DNA from: Candidatus Iainarchaeum sp.
GTDB lineage: Archaea > Iainarchaeota > Iainarchaeia > Iainarchaeales > GCA-2688035
DNA: 20,467 nt
Reading direction: 5' to 3'
Assembly: GCA_017610175.1 (NCBI GenBank)
Contig: JAFCCO010000020.1
Span: 1-20,467 of the forward strand
The first letter of the stretch is position 1, and every line of letters starts with the position of its first letter. Shown one piece after another: positions 8,401 to 14,846 of this stretch. Under the pieces are notes generated by a model. That model had not been told where the DNA came from, ran no database searches, and worked only from the letters and a program-made list of their open reading frames with translations. The translations under genes and the position numbers were made by a program.

Positions 8401-9029
8401 CCAAGGCATTCGCGGCCGGACAAGGCACATTTGGCGTCTCCGCTGGAGCGGGTTGAACTGCTCCAGGTTGTGCCTGCACCGACGGTTGGGCTGCAAAGCG
8501 CGGAACCGCCGTAAGTGGTGGAAGAACACGACTGGGCAGAACCAGACGAATTAAAAGCCCCAAGGCATGCCCTGCCGGCTTCAGCACACTCTGCGCTTCC
8601 GCTGGAGCGGGTTGAAGAACTCCAAGAAACACCGCCCCCAACCAGCTCAGTGCAACCTGCTGACCCGCCGTAAGTGGTGGAAGAGCAAGATTGGGAACTC
8701 CCACTGGAATTAAAGGCTTCCCAGCAGTTTCTGCCGGCTTCAGCGCACTCTGCGCTTCCGGAGGAACGGGTTGAAGAACTCCAAGAAACACCGGAACCAA
8801 GCGGGGTTGCGGAGCATGCCGCGGTTCCGCCGTAAGTGGCGGAAGAGCAAGATTGCGGGTTTCCCCCTAAATTGTAGGCTGAAAGGCAATCGCGCCCTGC
8901 CTGCGCGCATTCTGCGGCACCGGATGAACGCGTGTATGCGTTCCATGAAACGCCGTATCCAAAAGCTTGAGCTGAAAAAAGCAGAACAGCCAGCGCAATC
9001 AGCATTAATTTTTTAGGGTCCAAAACCAA
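5481..9029 (-). CDS. Giant secreted Cys-rich surface protein: ten 53-aa Ser/Gly/Cys repeats, two DUF4215/Myxococcus-type CGNG repeats, TSP1-like, disintegrin-like and CDDG..CT modules, Ig/CARDB-like domain, VPE-TM-basic C-terminus
   Basis: TTG start with GAGG upstream; signal peptide KKLMLIALAVLLFSAQAFG; CGNGNIDAGEQCDGSNLNGESC and CGNGFINLGEQCDGSNLNGETC; CDDGDTCTTDIC and CDDGNPCTNEQC; ends DVPELPFFIVPLLLLSILFIARART. Confidence 0.9.
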   Translation of the reverse strand: MVLDPKKLMLIALAVLLFSAQAFGYGVSWNAYTRSSGAAECAQAGRDCLSAYNLGGNPQSCSSATYGGTAACSATPLGSGVSWSSSTRSSGSAECAEAGRNCWEAFNSSGSSQSCSSTTYGGSAGCTELVGGGVSWSSSTRSSGSAECAEAGRACLGAFNSSGSAQSCSSTTYGGSALCSPTVGAGTTWSSSTRSSGDAKCALSGRECLGAFNSSGSAQSCSSTTYGGSALCSASVGFGKSWSTSTRSSGDAECGESGGCCKSAFNSSGSSQSCSSSTYGGSALCSSVIGGGEVWSSSVRSSGSAECGVSGRCCKDAFNSSGSSQSCSSSTYGGSALCSTLVGGGEVWSSSVRSSGSAECGVSGRCCVTAFNSSGSSQSCSSSTYGGSALCSGVIGGGEVWSSSVRSSGSAECGESGRCCVTAFNSSGSSQSCSSSTYGGSALCSLSVGSGTTWSSSTRSSGSAECAKKGACCATAFNSSGSAQSCSSSTYGGSARCGSVYGSGRTWSSSTRSSGSASCVFTGKPCRIAFSSSGSSQSCSSSTYGGSALCASSACPFSSCPASSACPDPAGVPCSLTSGCPVCGNGNIDAGEQCDGSNLNGESCQSQGYGAGTLGCTSSCVFNTSACTLCGNGFINLGEQCDGSNLNGETCASRGLGGGELGCDDSCNYNTTGCCTNDCTPSGLTECIPAFPFSTSYRECGNFDADSCLEWNTTACALLPFCFGGSCIACSTGVWVDGACGIGSCAANQRQQTRTTSPSGCDTESQCVNDASCCDCTLGACCSDGCNFNPVGTVCGTETQTVCSGAACGDDVVQESRDLICSGSDADCPATGSGPWGQTVLNDCLISQKCSSLPAPQCVDGGIACIVECNNDAGCDDGDTCTTDICSNPGALSASCGNNPVANDCGTRVCGNSPNGCFNCGSCPAGQLCDLFGNCSVVSCNDDTECDDGNPCTNEQCTNPGTISSACNILNKPDGTACTSDGDSCTQDVCSAGSCIHPLVPNDCVFRVCGLSPSGCFDCGTCPVGEVCTGAGTCAVATGSFLSVELDVQSKLLQEGGLFSTFTANVSNSKSFDKDGVLEVRLLNALDRSVIDSYTSPVTTIPASGNVAFTLQPQFSIDSLPHGNYIIAADIRDTELPPNMHDSESVRFTVIPFRESFDVPELPFFIVPLLLLSILFIARART
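7378..8955 (-). repeat. Intragenic tandem array of ten ~159-bp (53-aa) units
   Basis: Anchor CCGTAAGT (TYG codons) at 7396, 7555, 7714, 7873, 8032, 8191, 8350, 8509, 8668 (159-bp period) and 8830 (162 bp). Confidence 0.95.
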
Positions 9030-9073
9030 CTAGCCTCTTTTTAGTCAATAAAAATAAATAAGCGCAAAGCCTA

Positions 9074-9086
9074 TTAATATACTTTT
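9074..9086 (-). promoter_or_regulatory. BRE/TATA promoter element AAAAGTATATTAA (copy 2)
   Basis: ttaatatactttt on + strand; ends 44 nt upstream of the TTG start of the 1182-aa gene, leaving room for an SD-bearing leader. Confidence 0.7.
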
Positions 9087-9181
9087 TTATATGCAAAGTT
9101 TGCCTTTAAATACCTTTTCATGCACGAGATTTTTATTAATTATTCACTTATTTTAAGTTTCTTTTTTTTATCAGGAGGTTT

Positions 9182-9946
9182 TTGAAAGTGCAGGAAGGAA
9201 GCATTGTAGAAGTTAATTACACAGGAAAAGTTGTTGCATCAAACGAGGTCTTTGACACAACCGTTGAAAAGAAAGCGGTTGACGCCGGAATATTCAGCAA
9301 GAACGCAAAGTACCAGCCGGTCACAGTTATTGTTGGGGAAAACGAACTGCTCAAAGGGCTTGACGATGAACTCAAGGGAATGAAAATCGGCGAAACAAAA
9401 AACGTTGCCCTGAATCCGACCGAAGCGTTCGGGGAAAGAAACCCCAAGCTTGTAAGAGTTCTTCCACTGCGCGAATTTCAGAAACAAAAAATGAACCCGG
9501 TTCCGGGACTCATTATTGAGGTAGACGGAAGGCAGGGAAGGATTCAAACAGTGAGCGGAGGCAGGGTAAGAATTGACTTCAACCACCCGCTTGCAGGAAA
9601 GGACGTTGAATACGAACTTGAGCTAAAGGGCGAAGTTAAGGGAGCAAAGGACCAGGTTAACGCGCTCTTTGACAAGTACTTTGGAATGCTTCCGGAAACG
9701 GAAAAGAAAATGAAGATTGACGGCAAGACAGTTGAAATTGCACTTGACGCAAAACACACGGCCGAAATTGCTCCCTTGAAGAAGAGATTCTCAGACCTTG
9801 TGACAAAGAACGTTAAGGGAATTGAAACAGTAAGGTTTGTGGAAGAATTCAGGGAAGAAAAGAAAGCCAAGAAAGAAGCAAAGGCCGAAAAGAAAGAAGC
9901 AAAGGCAGAGAAAAAGGAAGCAGAAACTGAAAAGAAGTCAAAGTAA
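9182..9946 (+). CDS. slyD: FKBP-type peptidyl-prolyl cis-trans isomerase, archaeal long type (SlyD-like with insert-in-flap and C-terminal domain)
   Basis: VEVNYTGK...VFDTT, GLDDEL.GMKIGE, PTEAFGERN, RIDFNHPLAGK; TTG start with SD AGGAGGT at 9173-9179. Confidence 0.93.
   Translation: MKVQEGSIVEVNYTGKVVASNEVFDTTVEKKAVDAGIFSKNAKYQPVTVIVGENELLKGLDDELKGMKIGETKNVALNPTEAFGERNPKLVRVLPLREFQKQKMNPVPGLIIEVDGRQGRIQTVSGGRVRIDFNHPLAGKDVEYELELKGEVKGAKDQVNALFDKYFGMLPETEKKMKIDGKTVEIALDAKHTAEIAPLKKRFSDLVTKNVKGIETVRFVEEFREEKKAKKEAKAEKKEAKAEKKEAETEKKSK
9869..9931 (+). repeat. Three 21-bp imperfect tandem units encoding KKEAKAE/KKEAKAE/KKEAETE
   Basis: aagaaagaagcaaaggccgaa, aagaaagaagcaaaggcagag, aaaaaggaagcagaaactgaa. 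Confidence 0.8.
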
Positions 9947-10037
9947 GCCAAGGGAACAATCTTATAAAGATTTGCCTGCAGAAAAATAGTTTGGAGGCTC
10001 AAACTGATTGTTACCTGAGTTTTTTCCGGTGATGTTT

Positions 10038-10685
10038 ATGGAAAAGGATCTCAAAACAGGCACTACAACTGTCGGAATAGTTGCAAAAGACGCGGTTGTT
10101 CTTGCAGCAGACATGCGGGCAAGCATGGGCCACATTGCATACGACGAAGAAAGCAAGAAGCTTTACAAAATAACAGACAACATTGGTGTCACAAACGCAG
10201 GCTCTGTAGGGGACAGCCTAACAATAATCAGGTTTCTGAGAAGCCACGCAAAACTTTACGAAATTGAAAGAAACACAAAAATTACCCCAAAAGCACTCTC
10301 AAACTATTTGGGAAACATCCTCAACGCAAACCGATACTTCCCATTCTCGGTGCAGTTCATTATAGGGGGCATAAATGAAGGCCCTGAACTCTACGAACTC
10401 ACACCATACGGCGGAATTCTTGGAAGAAACACTTACGCCGTAAGCGGAAGCGGAACAGAGTTTGCAATGACAACGCTTGACCAGAATTACAGGAAAGGAA
10501 TGACAGAGGACGAAGCCATCGCACTCGCAGTAAAGGCAATAACCGCAGGAAAGAACAGGGACATTTACTCAGGCGGAAAAAGCGTAAGCGTAATGGTGGT
10601 TGATTCAAGGGGCACAAGAGACATTAGCCAAACAGAAGTAAAGAAATACACAGAACAGCTAAAAAAGCTCGAAAACAGCCTTTAA
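10038..10685 (+). CDS. psmB: 20S proteasome subunit beta (8-aa propeptide MEKDLKTG, catalytic Thr1 at 10062)
   Basis: KTG|TTTVG, VVLAADMRASMG, KKLYKI, AGSVGD, GSG, RDIYSG. Start moved from 10008 to ATG 10038 because of SD GGTGA at 10028-10032. Confidence 0.96.
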   Translation: MEKDLKTGTTTVGIVAKDAVVLAADMRASMGHIAYDEESKKLYKITDNIGVTNAGSVGDSLTIIRFLRSHAKLYEIERNTKITPKALSNYLGNILNANRYFPFSVQFIIGGINEGPELYELTPYGGILGRNTYAVSGSGTEFAMTTLDQNYRKGMTEDEAIALAVKAITAGKNRDIYSGGKSVSVMVVDSRGTRDISQTEVKKYTEQLKKLENSL

Positions 10686-10750
10686 ATTGCCTTTTAAAAA
10701 GTATTCTAAGTTCTCACCAGAACAAAACAGCAAAGAGAGATTTTTTTACC

Positions 10751-12643
10751 ATGAAAATACTGGAACACATCAAGGAAGTAGTGGACAAAACCGTTCCAAA
10801 CAAGGGCGAAATAAGCAAAATAGAAATGGAAGGCCCGGAAATTGCAATCTACACAAAAAACCCAGCCACCTTCTTTGAGCACGAAAACTACGTTGCAAAA
10901 ATTGCATTTGAGCTAAAGAAAAGAATAAACATCAGAACAGACAAATCCCTGCTGATTGACCCGACAGAAGCAAAAACTAAAATTGAGCAAATTATCCCGG
11001 AAGACGCAGGCATTAAAGAAGTCTACTTTGAAACCGCTTTTTCCTCGGTAACAATTGAAGCCATAAAACCGGGCTTGGTTATTGGAAAAGGCGGGGAAAC
11101 AAGCAAGAAAATAATTCTTGAAACAGGCTGGACCCCAAACATTATCAGGGCACCGACCCAGGAATCAGAAATTCTGCGCGGAATAAGGTCACACCAGCAC
11201 AGGCACGCTGACGAAAGGAAAAAATTCCTGAAAGAAACCGCAAAAAAGATTTATGAAGACATTGAGCTCAAGCAAAAGGACTGGGCAAGAATAGAGGCGC
11301 TTGGAGGCTTCAGGCAGGTGGGAAGAAGCTGCATCCTGGTTGAAACCCCGCACACCAAGGTACTGATGGACTGCGGAATAAACATCGCATCAAAAGAAGA
11401 CCCATTTCCCATGCTTGAAACACTTCGCTGCCCAATGTCGGACATTGACGCGGTAATTGTTAGCCACGCACACCTTGACCACTCAGGATTTGTGCCATAC
11501 CTTTTCAGAACAGGATACAGGGGTCCTGTTTACTGCACTGCGCCAACAAGGGATCTTATGACTTTGCTGCAGTTTGATTATATTGACATACTTACAAAGG
11601 AAGGAAGGGACGCAGTCTACAGCGAAAAAGACGTTAAGGAAATGATAACACACTGCATCCCACGCGAATACAGGGAAGTAACAGACATCGCACCAGACGT
11701 AAGACTAACTCTACATAACGCATCGCACATCCTCGGAAGCAGCTCAGTGCACCTGCACCTGGGAGAAGGCGGCCACAATTTGGTTTACAGCGGAGACATG
11801 AAATTTGGATTCACAAGGCTGTTCAACAACATTGACATAAAATACCCAAGGCTTGAAACACTCATACTTGAAAGCACATACGGCGGAAAAGACAGCATAC
11901 AGCCGGACAGGCAGGATGCGGAAGACAGGCTTCTCCGCGTGCTCAAAGAAACCCTTGAAAGGGACGGAAACGTGCTAATTCCTGTTTTTGCCGTAGGACG
12001 CGGACAGGAAATAATGCTTGTGCTGGAAAACTTCTACAAAAACGGGCTTCTGGACGCAAAGTGCTATGTTGACGGAATGACAAGGGAAGCAAGCGCAATA
12101 CACACTGCATACCCGGAATACCTCAGGAAAGGAGTGCAAAGAAGGGTATTGCAAAACGACAGCCCTTTCAGCGCAGAAATATTTGAGGACGCAAACAGCA
12201 AATCAAGGGATGAACTTGCAAAAGAAAAAGGAGTAATATTTATCGCATCAAGCGGAATGCTAACAGGAGGCCCAAGCCTTGGATACTTCCACAGGCTTTC
12301 AGAGGACCCAAACAACTGCCTAGTTTTTGTAGGATACCAGGGAGAAGGAAGCTTAGGCCGAAAAATACAGGGCGGATTAACGGCAACACCAGTAACCGAC
12401 AAAAAGGGAAAAACAAGGGCACTAAACGTAAACATGAGAATAGAAACAATAGAGGGATTCTCCGGGCACAGCGACAGAAACCAGCTTGTGAATTACGTCA
12501 GAATGCTCAAACCAAAGCCAAAAAGAATACTAATTGACCACGGCGACAAGGCAAATGCAACAGAACTTGCAAGATTCCTCTCAAGCAGGATGGGAATATC
12601 CTCAAGCGCACCAAGAAACCTTGACGGAATAAGGCTAAGGTAA
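10751..12643 (+). CDS. fttA: aCPSF1/FttA beta-CASP ribonuclease (N-terminal KH domains; transcription termination factor)
   Basis: EMEGPEIAIYT, KPGLVIGKGG (KH), LGGFRQVGRSC, SHAHLDHSG, HILGSS, ESTYGG, GFSGHSDR; directly after psmB, the conserved archaeal arrangement. Confidence 0.96.
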   Translation: MKILEHIKEVVDKTVPNKGEISKIEMEGPEIAIYTKNPATFFEHENYVAKIAFELKKRINIRTDKSLLIDPTEAKTKIEQIIPEDAGIKEVYFETAFSSVTIEAIKPGLVIGKGGETSKKIILETGWTPNIIRAPTQESEILRGIRSHQHRHADERKKFLKETAKKIYEDIELKQKDWARIEALGGFRQVGRSCILVETPHTKVLMDCGINIASKEDPFPMLETLRCPMSDIDAVIVSHAHLDHSGFVPYLFRTGYRGPVYCTAPTRDLMTLLQFDYIDILTKEGRDAVYSEKDVKEMITHCIPREYREVTDIAPDVRLTLHNASHILGSSSVHLHLGEGGHNLVYSGDMKFGFTRLFNNIDIKYPRLETLILESTYGGKDSIQPDRQDAEDRLLRVLKETLERDGNVLIPVFAVGRGQEIMLVLENFYKNGLLDAKCYVDGMTREASAIHTAYPEYLRKGVQRRVLQNDSPFSAEIFEDANSKSRDELAKEKGVIFIASSGMLTGGPSLGYFHRLSEDPNNCLVFVGYQGEGSLGRKIQGGLTATPVTDKKGKTRALNVNMRIETIEGFSGHSDRNQLVNYVRMLKPKPKRILIDHGDKANATELARFLSSRMGISSSAPRNLDGIRLR

Positions 12644-12897
12644 AGCTGTTTAAAATGCAGGGCAAAAAGCCGCAGGCAAAAGCCAATAGGAAATAAACTC
12701 TTTCCTAAAGGCACAATGTTTTATTTATAGAGTAAATATACATAACGCTGATTTTTCGAAATTTTTCAAAATAAAAATTGGGCCGAAAAAAACCAAATAT
12801 ACATAAAATATAAGCCCATTTTGAGCTCCTTTTTTTGATTAATCACCTTATAAAAAGCCATATTTAAAAAGAAGCCCAGATTCACCTTCTTTTAGCG

Positions 12898-12910
12898 AAA
12901 AGTATATTAA
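12898..12910 (+). promoter_or_regulatory. BRE/TATA promoter element AAAAGTATATTAA (copy 3; context GCGAAAAGTATATTAA)
   Basis: Identical to copies 1 and 2; ends 30 nt before ATG 12941. Confidence 0.7.
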
Positions 12911-12940
12911 GGGGTTAATGCATTATACTGCTGTGATGCA

Positions 12941-13078
12941 ATGACCATGGATATTTCGTTGGAATACAGCAAACTGTCTTTGGAAAAGGCATCCGAGCTA
13001 GGCAAGACTCTGAGTAGGGGGGGCATTGCCCTGGCCGACAACCAAACTGCTTTTGTCAAAAGGTTCGGCTTAAGGTGA
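12941..13078 (+). CDS. Unannotated small protein, 45 aa (43 aa from ATG 12947): MTMDISLEYSKLSLEKASELGKTLSRGGIALADNQTAFVKRFGLR
   Basis: Manual translation; below the ORF-track size cut-off; promoter element upstream and hairpin over the stop. A small ncRNA cannot be excluded. Confidence 0.55.
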   Translation: MTMDISLEYSKLSLEKASELGKTLSRGGIALADNQTAFVKRFGLR

Positions 13079-13093
13079 TGTTCCCTCATCACC
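13074..13093 (+). terminator. Perfect 7-bp hairpin GGTGATG-TTCCCT-CATCACC overlapping the small-ORF stop
   Basis: Read directly; no U-tract follows, so the function is uncertain. Confidence 0.4.
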
Positions 13094-13107
13094 CCATTCT
13101 AAAACAA

Positions 13108-13115
13108 TTTAAAGG
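13108..13115 (+). promoter_or_regulatory. TATA box for the leaderless kinase gene
   Basis: AAAACAA-TTTAAAGG ending 21 nt before ATG 13137. Confidence 0.5.
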
Positions 13116-13136
13116 AGAACACACTATTCATTTAGC

Positions 13137-13628
13137 ATGAGAATAATGCTTACAGGTTCTCCCGGGACAGGAAAGACCACTATTGCAAAAATACTCGGGA
13201 AAAAGCTGAAATACAAGGTTGTTTCAGAAAAAGAATTTGCCCTTGCCCACGGAATCGGGATGTGGAACAGCGAGGTTGACGAACTGTTTGTGCCGCTTAG
13301 AAAGCTCCAGAAAACCCTGAACCTAATGCTTGAAAAGGAAGAGAATGTGATTGTTGAAGGGCACATGCTCTGCGAAACAAAGCTGAAAGTGGATGCAGTT
13401 GTTGTGCTTCGCGTTGACCCTGAAATATTACAGATACGGCTTGAACTGCGCGGATACAGGCCGGCCAAAATAATGGACAACGTATTCTGCGAGGGAATCG
13501 ATTACTGCAAAAAACACGCGGCAAAAAGATACCCTGCAAAAAAAATTATTGAAATTCGCGCAAGGAAAACAATTAAAGAAACAACTGCCAATATAATAAC
13601 AGAATTAAAAACAAAGGGAAAACTATGA
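13137..13628 (+). CDS. Adenylate kinase of the AK6/Fap7/hCINAP family
   Basis: Walker A GSPGTGKTT, VIVEGH, VVVLRVDPEIL..RL..RGY...KIMDN..CE; ATGA overlap with the next gene. Confidence 0.9.
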   Translation: MRIMLTGSPGTGKTTIAKILGKKLKYKVVSEKEFALAHGIGMWNSEVDELFVPLRKLQKTLNLMLEKEENVIVEGHMLCETKLKVDAVVVLRVDPEILQIRLELRGYRPAKIMDNVFCEGIDYCKKHAAKRYPAKKIIEIRARKTIKETTANIITELKTKGKL

Positions 13629-14845
13629 AAAATGCATTGATACTGTTTTTGGCACTGGCGATGCTTGTTTCACAGGTTTCAGCAGCAACTGTTTTTGAAA
13701 GGTCATTCCAGGAAATGGGATACAATGATTTTGAATTGCAGGGTGCGCAAAAAAGTGGTTGCACAGGAATCAAATTTGTTTTCCCGGAGGAAGTTGAATT
13801 CCTAACAGGGGAAAACAATGTAATTGTATCCCTCAACATGGGCCTTTTTCCGATAAAGGGAAAGAATTTTTATGTTGAAGTGCGCCCAAACCTTCGCGAG
13901 ACCGGAACATACACAACAGAAAATCTCGTGTGCGCCGAAACCTGCTGGCTTAGGGCAACACTCCCAAAAGAAACACTTAAAGAAGGGGAAAACGAGCTTG
14001 ACATCTGCCTGAACAACAGCGTGGATGTGACCAAAAGCGTGCTTTACAACAAGTCCACGGTAGGGGTTTACAAAACAGCCAACTTTTCAGCCGAAGACTC
14101 ATTCATTGAAATTGCGGAAAAGGAAAACCTTGTGCTTGGCGAAAAAACCAAAATAACCCTACTTCTACATAATAAAGGGGGTGATTCTGCCAACGTAGAA
14201 TTGAAGCACGCAAGGCCGCTTGCAGAATACAAGGACGCTTACGTTGTTGTTGAGGGCAGCACCCAGTTCAGCGGAAAAATAAATGCAGGAGAAACAGTCA
14301 GGGTCGAGTACACAATCAAACCCGAAGTGATTGGAAGCATTTCATTGCCCCCTGCAATTTTGTATTACGACAATGAATTCGGGGAAAAACAGCAAAAATT
14401 CGCAAAAATGACCACAATAAGGGTTGCAGAGCCAGAAGTAAAAGTAAATGCGTTTGTGATCAAGGAAAAGGAGATTAATAAGGCCGGGGACACCGTAAGC
14501 GGCAGAATTGCGGTAAAAAATGAGGGGCAGGACACGCTCTCAAACCTTCGCGTTTACATTGATATTGCGGAAGGGCTTAGCCTTATAGAGGAACCAGGGA
14601 CACTAATCGACACACTTCAGCCCGGCGAAACAAAGTACCTTGAATTTAATGCAAGAGCTGTTCTTCCCGGGGAATATGCAATCGGCTGCAAGGTAAGTTA
14701 CAGCGCACTTGGGGCAAAGGAAACAAACTGCAACAAATCAACATTTATTTTTGAAAAGCCTGAAATCCCACTCGACCTGTTTGCAGGCCTGCTTCTTGTC
14801 GGGATAGCAATAGTGACCTATCTGTTCATACAGTTCAGCAAGTGA
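13625..14845 (+). CDS. Secreted, C-terminally anchored protein with two CARDB/DUF11/BatD-like Ig domains and an N-terminal jelly-roll-like domain
   Basis: Signal peptide MKNALILFLALAMLVSQVSA; ITLLLHNKG...INAGETVRVEY...LPPAILYY; IAVKNEG...LQPGETKYLEF; C-terminal TM LFAGLLLVGIAIVTYLFI. Confidence 0.85.
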   Translation: MKNALILFLALAMLVSQVSAATVFERSFQEMGYNDFELQGAQKSGCTGIKFVFPEEVEFLTGENNVIVSLNMGLFPIKGKNFYVEVRPNLRETGTYTTENLVCAETCWLRATLPKETLKEGENELDICLNNSVDVTKSVLYNKSTVGVYKTANFSAEDSFIEIAEKENLVLGEKTKITLLLHNKGGDSANVELKHARPLAEYKDAYVVVEGSTQFSGKINAGETVRVEYTIKPEVIGSISLPPAILYYDNEFGEKQQKFAKMTTIRVAEPEVKVNAFVIKEKEINKAGDTVSGRIAVKNEGQDTLSNLRVYIDIAEGLSLIEEPGTLIDTLQPGETKYLEFNARAVLPGEYAIGCKVSYSALGAKETNCNKSTFIFEKPEIPLDLFAGLLLVGIAIVTYLFIQFSK

Positions 14846-14846
14846 A

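Noticed and set aside
7378-8955. CRISPR array, ice-nucleation repeat or DGR template
   Set aside because: The period is 159 bp, in frame and without unique spacers. It lacks the AGYGST octamer periodicity. Differences are not adenine-specific and no reverse transcriptase is present.
9869-9931. KKEAKAE repeat as a functional element
   Set aside because: Low-complexity charged tails from slippage are common; kept only as a descriptive feature.
10008-10037. Extended N-terminus of psmB from the ORF track
   Set aside because: SD GGTGA at 10028-10032 and typical short propeptide length favour ATG 10038.
10038-12643. psmB-aCPSF1 linkage as a novelty
   Set aside because: A well-known conserved archaeal gene pair.
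12907-13092. 61-aa minus-strand ORF, or RNase P/SRP/tRNA gene
   Set aside because: The promoter points to the plus strand. I found no RNase P P4 signature, SRP helix-8 motif or tRNA cloverleaf.
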